A stretch of DNA of 32,000 nucleotides from Mycobacterium tuberculosis H37Rv (GTDB lineage: Bacteria; Actinomycetota; Actinomycetes; Mycobacteriales; Mycobacteriaceae), in assembly GCF_000195955.2 (NCBI RefSeq), contig NC_000962.3:390001-422000 (forward strand), written 5' to 3'. Within the stretch, counting starts at the first letter, position 1, and each line of letters starts with the position of its first letter. The notes under the pieces are model-generated. The model saw only the letters and a program-made list of their open reading frames with translations, did not search any database and had not been told where the DNA came from. The position numbers and the translations under genes were made by a program. Shown here one piece after another: positions 24,381 through 32,000 of this stretch.

Positions 24381-24941
24381 TCAGAATGTGTCGACCTTCT
24401 CGATGCTGACGAACATGCCATGGCCCGTGCGGTTGTTCGTGAAGCGGGTGCCATCGGTGGTGGCGTCGATGGTCCAGCCCTGCGCCTCATAGGTTCGGTA
24501 GTCGATGCTGACGGTGGGGATGGCGCCCAGATTGCCCAACACCCACTGCACGGAGCCGCCGGCGGTGATGTGGATGCCGTTGGCGTGCTCACCATCTCGC
24601 AAGGGGGAGTTGGTGAACGGTGCCTCGCAGCCAACGCTGTCCCTATTGATCTGGCAACGCGTCATTCCGGACTTGGTTTCGATGAAGACGTAACCGTTGG
24701 AGTCAGGCGGGAGCGGAATGGCGCCGGCCGGCGCGGTCGGGCTGACCGGTGTCGTCGGTAGCGTCGGGGCGGTGGTCCCCGGCGGCGCGGTAGTTGGCCT
24801 AGGCGTCGGAAAAGTCGGCTCGGTAGGTCCCGACCCTGGCGAAGCGACCGGCCTGCCGTCGATGGTGGTGTTGCAGCCGGCAACTAGCGCGGTAGCCGCC
24901 AGCAGGGCCGCCATACCCCGTGCAATGAGCGATAGCCGCAC
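24381..24941 (-). CDS. lpqJ: Lipoprotein LpqJ (186 aa)
   Basis: GTG start. Signal peptide with lipobox MRLSLIARGMAALLAATALVAG-C-NTT, followed by a Pro/Thr-rich linker. Confidence 0.9.
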   Translation of the reverse strand: MRLSLIARGMAALLAATALVAGCNTTIDGRPVASPGSGPTEPTFPTPRPTTAPPGTTAPTLPTTPVSPTAPAGAIPLPPDSNGYVFIETKSGMTRCQINRDSVGCEAPFTNSPLRDGEHANGIHITAGGSVQWVLGNLGAIPTVSIDYRTYEAQGWTIDATTDGTRFTNNRTGHGMFVSIEKVDTF

Positions 24942-25043
24942 GCGCTACTCCCCGGAAATCTGAGATATCGGGAGTAGGTTACGCGCGAGGTCCCGCAATT
25001 TACTGCAGTGACGCGCTTCTGCAACGGCCCGCATAATCGGAGA

Positions 25044-25460
25044 ATGGCGTTGTTGCCGTCGACGGTCGTGGGAGTCTTGCTGGCCGCGGGTGCGGGCCGG
25101 TGGTATGGCAAGCCGAAAGTGCTGGTTGACGGGTGGCTGGACACCGCGGTCGGGGCGTTGCGCGACGGTGGTTGTAACGACGTTATTTTGGTGCTGGGTG
25201 CTGTCGAGGTGTCGGCACCGGCCGGTGTCACCGCGATTACCGCGCCGGACTGGCAGCAGGGGCTGAGCGCGTCAGTGCGTGCGGGTCTGGCCCAGGCCGA
25301 CCGCGAGCACGCCGACTACGCCGTCCTGCATGTGATCGACACGCCCGATGTCAATGCCAAGGTGGTGGCTCGAGTCCTTGGCCGTGCCTTGGTATCCCGC
25401 AGCGGTCTGGCAGGGCGCGGCCGCATACCTGCGCACAGTGCCCGACGTCGAGGCTGTTGA
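25044..25460 (+). CDS. Truncated/decayed MobA-like NTP-transferase (Rv0345-like, about 136-138 aa); probable pseudogene
   Basis: GVLLAAGAGRWYGKPKVLVDGWL...GGCNDVILVLGA...PDWQQGLSASVRAGL...LHVIDTPDV is the N-terminal two-thirds of the MobA-like/MocA-like nucleotidyltransferase fold. The reading frame then degenerates (see findings). Start is uncertain among GTG 25008, ATG 25044 and TTG 25050. Confidence 0.65.
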   Translation: MALLPSTVVGVLLAAGAGRWYGKPKVLVDGWLDTAVGALRDGGCNDVILVLGAVEVSAPAGVTAITAPDWQQGLSASVRAGLAQADREHADYAVLHVIDTPDVNAKVVARVLGRALVSRSGLAGRGRIPAHSARRRGC

Positions 25461-25501
25461 GTGCGGCGACTTGGCTAGTGGTCGCGATGTCGACGTGGAC
25501 C

Positions 25502-26965
25502 TCAGATTGGATCCGCCGAATGGACGACCGCGACACTCTTGGTGTGGTCGATGGCGTGGTGCGCGACGGCCGTCACACGATTGCGGACCAAATACCAGCC
25601 ACCGATGAGGGCCGGTACACCGATCACCGTTGCGGCGATCATCCAGGGACCGTGTTGTTCGTCGAAGTACATCAGGATCAGCACGCCGGCCAGGAAAGCC
25701 AGCGTCAGATAGCCGCTGAACGGTGAAAGCGGCATCCGGAATTTCGGCCGCTGCAGCTGCCCGGCGTTCGCCATCCGGTGGAGCCGCAGCTGGCAAGCCA
25801 CGATCGTCGCCCAGGCCGCGATGACTCCCGTCGCGGCGATGTGGAGCACGATCTCGAAGGCTTGGCTCGGTTTGATGGCGTTGAGAATGATGCCCAACAG
25901 GCCGATACCGGCGGTGAGCAGGATCCCGCCGTACGGCACGCCGGTCTTCGACATTGGTGCGGTGAACCTCGGGCCGCTGCCGTTGATCGCCATTGATCGC
26001 AGGATCCGTCCGGTGGAATACAGTCCGGCGTTGAGGCTCGACAGCGCGGCGGTGAGCACGACGAGGTTCATCACGCTGCCCGCCGCGTCGATACCGATCT
26101 TGGAAAAGAAGGTCACGAACGGGCTGACATGTTCTTTGTAGGCGGTATAGGGCAGCAGCAGGGCCAGCAGGACAGTCGACCCGACGTAGAAGCACGCGAT
26201 GCGCAACACCACAGAGTTGATCGCGCGCGGCATGATCTTTGCCGGTTCGGCTGTTTCCCCGGCCGCGATGCCCACCAGTTCGATTGCGGCGTAGGCGAAT
26301 ACCACCCCCGAGGTGACCAGCACTATGGGCAGCAGACCGGTTGGCACGATGCCTCCATGGCTGCTCCACAGGGAGACCCCGGTCTCCTGGCCGTCGATCT
26401 TGTAGCGCCCAGCGAGAAAGACCGTACCGACGATCAGAAACGTAACCAGCGCGATCACCTTGATCAATGAGGCCCAGAACTCCAGCTCGCCGAAGAGCCT
26501 GACCGAGATCAGGTTCATCGACAACACGACCAGCAGCGCGATCAACGCCAGCGTCCACTGGGGGATGGGTTGAAACGCCCGCCAGTAATGGCAATAGTGC
26601 GCGATCGCGGTGGTATCGACGATCCCCGTCATCGCCCAGTTCAGGAAGTACATCCACCCGGCGACGAAGGCCACCTTTTCCCCGTAGAACTCGCGGGCGT
26701 AGGACACGAATGACCCCGAGGACGGACGGTGCAGCACCAGTTCGCCGAGCGCGCGCAGGATCAGGAACACGAAGATGCCGCAGATCCCATAGACCAGGAA
26801 CAAACCGGGCCCCGCCGATGCAAGGCGGCCGCCGGCGCCGAGAAAAAGGCCGGTACCGATGGCACCACCGAGAGCGATCATTTGCAGTTGCCGGCTATGG
26901 AGGCCTTTGTGATAGCCCGTGTCTTCGCGCGTGAGCCGCTCGTCGGTGATGTCTAGCGGTGGCAT
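25502..26965 (-). CDS. ansP2: APC-family amino-acid permease, L-asparagine permease (487 aa)
   Basis: ORF 25502..27016(-). Start taken at ATG 26963-26965 ([11 protein letters not shown]...[27 protein letters not shown]). There are 12 predicted TM-type hydrophobic stretches typical of AnsP/AroP permeases. Confidence 0.92.
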
Positions 26966-27155
26966 TGAGCTCCCTGGGATGGTGGCTTCTTGGGACGCGC
27001 GTGAGATGGGGCACACCCAACGGACTGGCTGTCAGGCTATCCCACGCGGCTGCGAGGTGCCGCTTGGCAACCAATCGGAAACAATCGATCGGTCAACGGT
27101 GCTTTGTTGTCGTGCCGACCGTCGCGGGTGGCCGCGTTGACAGTCGATATTGCGG

Positions 27156-27454
27156 TCACAGGCTGACGCGCCTGGCCAGCCAGACGCTCGCGAAGTGCGG
27201 GTCCGTCCTGGCCGCGAGGGTGTCGTAGCCGCGGTCGTAGTGTGAGACTCCGACACCTGATCCGCCAGCGCAGAGATGTGAGATCAACGGACGGAAGGCG
27301 ACGGTGCCCGGCGCGCGCGAGTTGACGCTGCGCGTCGAGCGCGGGGCTCTATTTCGGCGTCGATGGGCAGCATCGGCAGCGTCATCAGCTCGCGCAGCAA
27401 TTCGTCGTGATCCGCGGCGCTGCGCGCTGGGTACCCGGCCTCGATGGGTATCAT
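27156..27454 (-). pseudogene. Unannotated relic of a VapC-type PIN-domain toxin gene (C-terminal about 2/3, frameshifted, 5'-truncated)
   Basis: Minus strand, frame a (27454->27284): MIPIEAGYPARSAADHDELLRELMTLPMLPIDAEIEPRARRAASTRARRAPSPSVR*. Frame b (ends TGA at 27156-27158): ...SRAPGTVAFRPLISHLCAGGSGVGVSHYDRGYDTLAARTDPHFASVWLARRVSL*. Joined at the CGCGCGCG run (about 27305-27320), these follow the VapC pattern ...LP.L.(I/V)D..I..RA....RAARRAG.TV......LIAA.A...G..(I/V).H.D.D(F/Y)D.(I/L)AR.T. Third-codon positions on this strand are strongly G/C. Confidence 0.5.
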
Positions 27455-27477
27455 TTTTGGTTATCGTTCTGGTTATC

Positions 27478-28290
27478 ATGAATGTTGTGACGGCCCATCC
27501 CAAGTACCCGAATGACCCTCTTGCGCTGGTATTGATTGAACTGCGCCATCCGCGGACCGAGCCGCCGGTGCCATCTGCTATCTCCATCCTGAAGGAGGAG
27601 CTGGCGCGATGGACTCCCATACTCGAACAGGAGGAGGTGCGGCAGGTCAACCTAGAAACGGGCGAACATACCGCACACTCACAGAAGAAGCTCGTTGCCC
27701 GTGATCGCCGCACCGCGATCACGTTTCGACCCGACGCCATGACCCTCGAAGTCACCGACTACCCGGGCTGGGAGGAGTTTCGGTCCATCGTTCACGCGAT
27801 GGTCACAGCCCGCCAGGACGTGGCCCCAGTCGATGGCTGCATCCGGATCGGTCTGCGCTACATCAACGAGATTCGGGCATCGCTGGCGGAGCCATCCGGC
27901 TGGGCGTACTGGGTGGCGGAAAGTCTCCTCGGGCCTGGGACACAGCTTGCCGATCTCAAACTCACCACCACCGCGCAACGGCACGTCATTCAGTGCGAAG
28001 GCCCGGAGCCAGGCGACTCCTTGACACTGAGGTACGCCGGTGCGCGCGGCGCGGTCATCCAGTCAACCCCGTTTCTCCAGCGGTTGAAAGAACCTCCGGC
28101 AGAAGGAGATTTCTTCCTCATCGATATCGACAGCGCGTGGAGCGACCCCTGCAAGGGCATCCCAGCGCTCGACGCCCACCTGGTGGACGAGGTCGCCGAA
28201 AGGCTCCACACACCCATCGGCCCACTGTTCGAATCGCTGATAACTTCCGAACTCCGTACAAAGGTGCTGCAACAACCTGGGCAGGAGTGA
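27478..28290 (+). CDS. TIGR04255-like uncharacterised protein (Rv0347; I prefer the 270-aa form; the maximal ORF and, as I recall, the database annotation start at GTG 27304 for 328 aa)
   Basis: MNVVTAHPKYPNDPLALVLIELRHP..., a central IRIGLRYINEIR and a C-terminal FFLIDIDSAW...LHTPIGPLFESLITSELR match my memory of the TIGR04255 family, whose members begin a few residues before the Y-P-N-x-P-L motif. The 58 upstream codons are Arg-rich and antisense to the VapC relic. Confidence 0.8.
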   Translation: MNVVTAHPKYPNDPLALVLIELRHPRTEPPVPSAISILKEELARWTPILEQEEVRQVNLETGEHTAHSQKKLVARDRRTAITFRPDAMTLEVTDYPGWEEFRSIVHAMVTARQDVAPVDGCIRIGLRYINEIRASLAEPSGWAYWVAESLLGPGTQLADLKLTTTAQRHVIQCEGPEPGDSLTLRYAGARGAVIQSTPFLQRLKEPPAEGDFFLIDIDSAWSDPCKGIPALDAHLVDEVAERLHTPIGPLFESLITSELRTKVLQQPGQE

Positions 28291-28292
28291 CC

Positions 28293-28946
28293 ATGACCAT
28301 TTCGTTCTCTAGCTCGAATCTCCGAGACGACGCCACCTCTGGCAACGGCGATTACCGCCTCGACAAGCTGCCCGAAACCACCCCATCGACCTCGGTGTTC
28401 GACCGCGCCGATGTCACCTACCGCCAATTCACGGAACTCCACGGGCAAGCCCGCGACACACGGCGGGAGGCGCACGTGGTTGAGCTGGAGTCCAAGACCG
28501 GCGAGCGGGCTCGGTGCGCACCCATGCATGCGCTTGAGCAGCTCGCGGACTACGGCTTTGCCTGGCGGGACATCGCACGCGTTGTCGGAGTGAGCGTGCC
28601 CGCAATCACCAAATGGCGCAAGGGCGCTGGAGTTACCGGCGAGAACCGGCTAAAAATCGCCCGTCTACTCGCCCTCATCGACATGCTCTCGGACCGATTC
28701 ATCGGCGAGCCCGCCTCCTGGCTGGAAATGCCGATCCAAGCCGGAGTGGGAATCACCCGAATGGACCTCCTGGAGCGAGGTCGATATGACCTCGTATTGG
28801 CGCTGGCTAGTACCCACACTGGGGACGGTACGGTCGAATACGTACTGAACGAGACTGATAAGGACTGGCGAGAGACCGTTGTAGACAACGCTTTCGAATC
28901 CTACACAGCCGAGGACGGCGTGATCTCGATAAGACCCAAGCGGTAA
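28293..28946 (+). CDS. mosR: HTH (Xre-like) regulator with DUF2384-like antitoxin-type C-terminal region (Rv0348, 217 aa; reported as MosR)
   Basis: ATG lies 2 nt after the Rv0347 stop, with AGGAG inside the Rv0347 3' end. HTH GFAWRDIARVVGVSVPAITKWRKGAGVTGENRLKIARL, then PASWLEMPIQAGVGITRMDLLERGRYDLVLALA, which resembles the W-L..P...L.G..P.DLL motif of Xre/MbcA/ParS-type antitoxins. Confidence 0.85.
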   Translation: MTISFSSSNLRDDATSGNGDYRLDKLPETTPSTSVFDRADVTYRQFTELHGQARDTRREAHVVELESKTGERARCAPMHALEQLADYGFAWRDIARVVGVSVPAITKWRKGAGVTGENRLKIARLLALIDMLSDRFIGEPASWLEMPIQAGVGITRMDLLERGRYDLVLALASTHTGDGTVEYVLNETDKDWRETVVDNAFESYTAEDGVISIRPKR

Positions 28947-28948
28947 CC

Positions 28949-29608
28949 GTGCCAGAGCTGGAGACGCCCGACGACCCAGAGTCGATATACCTTGCCCGCC
29001 TCGAGGATGTCGGAGAACACAGACCGACGTTCACGGGCGACATCTACCGACTCGGCGATGGTCGCATGGTGATGATCCTCCAGCACCCATGCGCGCTGCG
29101 GCACGGCGTTGACCTCCATCCGCGACTGCTGGTCGCTCCCGTAAGACCCGACTCGCTTCGTTCCAACTGGGCTAGAGCCCCGTTCGGCACGATGCCGCTT
29201 CCGAAGCTCATCGACGGTCAGGATCACTCGGCGGACTTCATCAATCTTGAACTCATCGATTCACCAACGCTTCCGACCTGTGAGCGGATCGCGGTGCTCA
29301 GCCAGTCAGGCGTCAACTTGGTCATGCAACGGTGGGTGTACCACAGCACCCGGCTCGCCGTGCCCACGCACACCTACTCCGACAGCACCGTTGGCCCGTT
29401 CGATGAGGCAGACCTGATCGAGGAGTGGGTGACGGATCGCGTCGACGATGGGGCCGACCCGCAGGCGGCCGAACACGAATGCGCCTCCTGGCTCGATGAA
29501 AGAATCAGCGGCCGCACTCGGCGAGCGCTGCTCAGCGACCGTCAGCACGCCAGTTCAATACGGCGAGAAGCGCGTTCTCATCGAAAGTCGGTCAAGCTGG
29601 CGGACTGA
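28949..29608 (+). CDS. Hypothetical protein, no recognisable domain (Rv0349-like, 219 aa)
   Basis: GTG lies 2 nt after the Rv0348 stop, suggesting translational coupling. The ORF is uninterrupted and has non-random composition. I could identify no motif with confidence. Confidence 0.7.
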   Translation: MPELETPDDPESIYLARLEDVGEHRPTFTGDIYRLGDGRMVMILQHPCALRHGVDLHPRLLVAPVRPDSLRSNWARAPFGTMPLPKLIDGQDHSADFINLELIDSPTLPTCERIAVLSQSGVNLVMQRWVYHSTRLAVPTHTYSDSTVGPFDEADLIEEWVTDRVDDGADPQAAEHECASWLDERISGRTRRALLSDRQHASSIRREARSHRKSVKLAD

Positions 29609-29717
29609 GCACTGCTCTCCGGGCTTGACCGGGGCCTCTCCCAGCTACGCCCCGAGCGTGTGCCCTGCCGACACGCGGGAACAAGACCCGCACGACCAGC
29701 GTTAGCATGCTCAGTAA

Positions 29718-29738
29718 GTTGAGTGCATCAGGCTCAGC
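29718..29738 (+). promoter_or_regulatory. Weaker HAIR-like site (HspR-associated inverted repeat) upstream of dnaK
   Basis: gTTGAGT-gcatcag-gCTCAgc compared with the consensus CTTGAGT-N7-ACTCAAG: 6/7 match on the left arm and 4/7 on the right. Confidence 0.4.
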
Positions 29739-29771
29739 TCTGAATTGACAGCACACCGCCGTCGAGGCAAG

Positions 29772-29792
29772 CTTGAGCGGGGTGCACTCATC
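29772..29792 (+). promoter_or_regulatory. HAIR element (HspR operator) in the dnaK promoter
   Basis: CTTGAGc-ggggtgc-ACTCAtc compared with the consensus CTTGAGT-N7-ACTCAAG. It lies 43 nt upstream of the dnaK ATG and abuts a -10-like CATAGT (29792-29797). Confidence 0.7.
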
Positions 29793-29834
29793 ATAGTGCA
29801 GGAAAGAAGCTCTACATATTCAGGAGGATTCACC

Positions 29835-31712
29835 ATGGCTCGTGCGGTCGGGATCGACCTCGGGACCACCAACTCCGTCGTCTCGGTTCTGGAAGGTGGC
29901 GACCCGGTCGTCGTCGCCAACTCCGAGGGCTCCAGGACCACCCCGTCAATTGTCGCGTTCGCCCGCAACGGTGAGGTGCTGGTCGGCCAGCCCGCCAAGA
30001 ACCAGGCAGTGACCAACGTCGATCGCACCGTGCGCTCGGTCAAGCGACACATGGGCAGCGACTGGTCCATAGAGATTGACGGCAAGAAATACACCGCGCC
30101 GGAGATCAGCGCCCGCATTCTGATGAAGCTGAAGCGCGACGCCGAGGCCTACCTCGGTGAGGACATTACCGACGCGGTTATCACGACGCCCGCCTACTTC
30201 AATGACGCCCAGCGTCAGGCCACCAAGGACGCCGGCCAGATCGCCGGCCTCAACGTGCTGCGGATCGTCAACGAGCCGACCGCGGCCGCGCTGGCCTACG
30301 GCCTCGACAAGGGCGAGAAGGAGCAGCGAATCCTGGTCTTCGACTTGGGTGGTGGCACTTTCGACGTTTCCCTGCTGGAGATCGGCGAGGGTGTGGTTGA
30401 GGTCCGTGCCACTTCGGGTGACAACCACCTCGGCGGCGACGACTGGGACCAGCGGGTCGTCGATTGGCTGGTGGACAAGTTCAAGGGCACCAGCGGCATC
30501 GATCTGACCAAGGACAAGATGGCGATGCAGCGGCTGCGGGAAGCCGCCGAGAAGGCAAAGATCGAGCTGAGTTCGAGTCAGTCCACCTCGATCAACCTGC
30601 CCTACATCACCGTCGACGCCGACAAGAACCCGTTGTTCTTAGACGAGCAGCTGACCCGCGCGGAGTTCCAACGGATCACTCAGGACCTGCTGGACCGCAC
30701 TCGCAAGCCGTTCCAGTCGGTGATCGCTGACACCGGCATTTCGGTGTCGGAGATCGATCACGTTGTGCTCGTGGGTGGTTCGACCCGGATGCCCGCGGTG
30801 ACCGATCTGGTCAAGGAACTCACCGGCGGCAAGGAACCCAACAAGGGCGTCAACCCCGATGAGGTTGTCGCGGTGGGAGCCGCTCTGCAGGCCGGCGTCC
30901 TCAAGGGCGAGGTGAAAGACGTTCTGCTGCTTGATGTTACCCCGCTGAGCCTGGGTATCGAGACCAAGGGCGGGGTGATGACCAGGCTCATCGAGCGCAA
31001 CACCACGATCCCCACCAAGCGGTCGGAGACTTTCACCACCGCCGACGACAACCAACCGTCGGTGCAGATCCAGGTCTATCAGGGGGAGCGTGAGATCGCC
31101 GCGCACAACAAGTTGCTCGGGTCCTTCGAGCTGACCGGCATCCCGCCGGCGCCGCGGGGGATTCCGCAGATCGAGGTCACTTTCGACATCGACGCCAACG
31201 GCATTGTGCACGTCACCGCCAAGGACAAGGGCACCGGCAAGGAGAACACGATCCGAATCCAGGAAGGCTCGGGCCTGTCCAAGGAAGACATTGACCGCAT
31301 GATCAAGGACGCCGAAGCGCACGCCGAGGAGGATCGCAAGCGTCGCGAGGAGGCCGATGTTCGTAATCAAGCCGAGACATTGGTCTACCAGACGGAGAAG
31401 TTCGTCAAAGAACAGCGTGAGGCCGAGGGTGGTTCGAAGGTACCTGAAGACACGCTGAACAAGGTTGATGCCGCGGTGGCGGAAGCGAAGGCGGCACTTG
31501 GCGGATCGGATATTTCGGCCATCAAGTCGGCGATGGAGAAGCTGGGCCAGGAGTCGCAGGCTCTGGGGCAAGCGATCTACGAAGCAGCTCAGGCTGCGTC
31601 ACAGGCCACTGGCGCTGCCCACCCCGGCGGCGAGCCGGGCGGTGCCCACCCCGGCTCGGCTGATGACGTTGTGGACGCGGAGGTGGTCGACGACGGCCGG
31701 GAGGCCAAGTGA
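29835..31712 (+). CDS. dnaK: Hsp70 chaperone DnaK (625 aa)
   Basis: AGGAGGA SD at 29822-29828. [22 protein letters not shown]..., [10 protein letters not shown] and the EEVD-less actinobacterial C-terminus. The ORF opens at 29745 but the conserved N-terminus begins at ATG 29835. Confidence 0.98.
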   Translation: MARAVGIDLGTTNSVVSVLEGGDPVVVANSEGSRTTPSIVAFARNGEVLVGQPAKNQAVTNVDRTVRSVKRHMGSDWSIEIDGKKYTAPEISARILMKLKRDAEAYLGEDITDAVITTPAYFNDAQRQATKDAGQIAGLNVLRIVNEPTAAALAYGLDKGEKEQRILVFDLGGGTFDVSLLEIGEGVVEVRATSGDNHLGGDDWDQRVVDWLVDKFKGTSGIDLTKDKMAMQRLREAAEKAKIELSSSQSTSINLPYITVDADKNPLFLDEQLTRAEFQRITQDLLDRTRKPFQSVIADTGISVSEIDHVVLVGGSTRMPAVTDLVKELTGGKEPNKGVNPDEVVAVGAALQAGVLKGEVKDVLLLDVTPLSLGIETKGGVMTRLIERNTTIPTKRSETFTTADDNQPSVQIQVYQGEREIAAHNKLLGSFELTGIPPAPRGIPQIEVTFDIDANGIVHVTAKDKGTGKENTIRIQEGSGLSKEDIDRMIKDAEAHAEEDRKRREEADVRNQAETLVYQTEKFVKEQREAEGGSKVPEDTLNKVDAAVAEAKAALGGSDISAIKSAMEKLGQESQALGQAIYEAAQAASQATGAAHPGGEPGGAHPGSADDVVDAEVVDDGREAK

Positions 31713-32000
31713 CGGACGGAAATCAAAAGCCGGATGGCAATTCGGGCGAACAGGTAACCGTCACTGACAAGCGGCGGATCGATCCCGAGACGGGTGAAGT
31801 GCGGCACGTCCCTCCCGGCGACATGCCGGGAGGGACGGCTGCGGCCGATGCGGCGCACACCGAAGACAAGGTCGCCGAGCTGACCGCCGATCTGCAACGC
31901 GTGCAGGCCGACTTCGCCAACTACCGTAAGCGGGCGTTGCGCGATCAGCAGGCGGCCGCTGACCGAGCCAAGGCCAGCGTTGTCAGCCAATTGCTGGGTG
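31709..32000 (+). CDS. grpE: Nucleotide-exchange factor GrpE, 5' portion (continues beyond window)
   Basis: GTG 31709 overlaps the dnaK stop (GTGA). My hand translation is [38 protein letters not shown]...[43 protein letters not shown], open to the window end. The DFxNYRKR motif is GrpE-typical. Confidence 0.93.
   Translation, partial: MTDGNQKPDGNSGEQVTVTDKRRIDPETGEVRHVPPGDMPGGTAAADAAHTEDKVAELTADLQRVQADFANYRKRALRDQQAAADRAKASVVSQLLG

Noticed and set aside
25272-26657. 461-aa ORF on the same strand as ansP2 but in another frame.
   Set aside because: The ansP2 frame gives a canonical 12-TM APC permease. The alternative frame is Arg/Gly/Asp-rich with no hydrophobic pattern or motifs, so it is a frame artefact.
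26966-27155. The 190-nt ansP2 upstream region, considered as a possible riboswitch or sRNA.
   Set aside because: I could not recognise any known riboswitch consensus or a convincing conserved stem-loop set by eye. This would need covariance-model scanning (Rfam/Infernal).
29609-29760. Looked on the minus strand, right of the Rv0347-0349 module, for the missing vapC 5' end or a vapB antitoxin gene. Finding one would prove a simple insertion.
   Set aside because: Translations in all three minus frames (e.g. MLTLVVRVLFPRVGRAHARG...) show no VapB (RHH/AbrB/PhD-type) or PIN N-terminal pattern. The insertion model therefore remains unproven, and deletion or replacement is equally possible.

Overview
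This is a high-GC actinobacterial window. From memory, with no search possible, it matches the Mycobacterium tuberculosis complex interval Rv0322 (udgA) to Rv0351 (grpE). I support 29 protein-coding calls plus one unannotated pseudogene. I found no tRNA, rRNA, CRISPR array or intact IS element.

Gene content, left to right:
- udgA 3' end.
- A thiol/sulfur-flavoured accessory block: LmbE-like deacetylase, ArsR-rhodanese regulator, a methyltransferase split by an in-frame TAG, cyp135A1 with a divergent TetR, another methyltransferase, a TetR-like regulator with a divergent SQR-like flavoprotein, a DinB/MDMPI-like protein and an NTF2-like protein.
- rmlA.
- A decayed PE/PE_PGRS gene (PE6).
- A REP13E12 DUF222-HNH element.
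- aspC and the membrane Fe-S reductase Rv0338c.
- The cell-envelope-stress locus iniR / Rv0340 / iniB-iniA-iniC.
- lpqJ, a decayed MobA-like gene and ansP2.
- The tightly coupled tricistron Rv0347-Rv0348-Rv0349.
- The HspR-controlled dnaK-grpE operon start.

Most interesting observations:
1. An unannotated, frameshifted, 5'-truncated VapC (PIN) toxin relic sits antisense to the annotated 5' extension of Rv0347. It ends exactly where the lower-GC Rv0347-0349 module begins.
2. That module has a TIGR04255-like protein, an Xre-HTH/DUF2384-like antitoxin-type regulator and an unknown 219-aa protein. It looks like an uncharacterised TA/defence-type cassette.
3. A shared CATTTCCCCTAAT...CCCCTAACG element lies upstream of both Rv0340 and iniB.
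4. A strong terminator-like hairpin encloses the iniA start codon.
5. There are several decayed genes: Rv0325/0326, PE6 and Rv0345.
6. GGAAT-N-ATTCC dyads over -10-like boxes precede both the ArsR-rhodanese gene and the SQR-like gene.

All family assignments rest on motifs read by eye and on memory of the families. None was verified by search.
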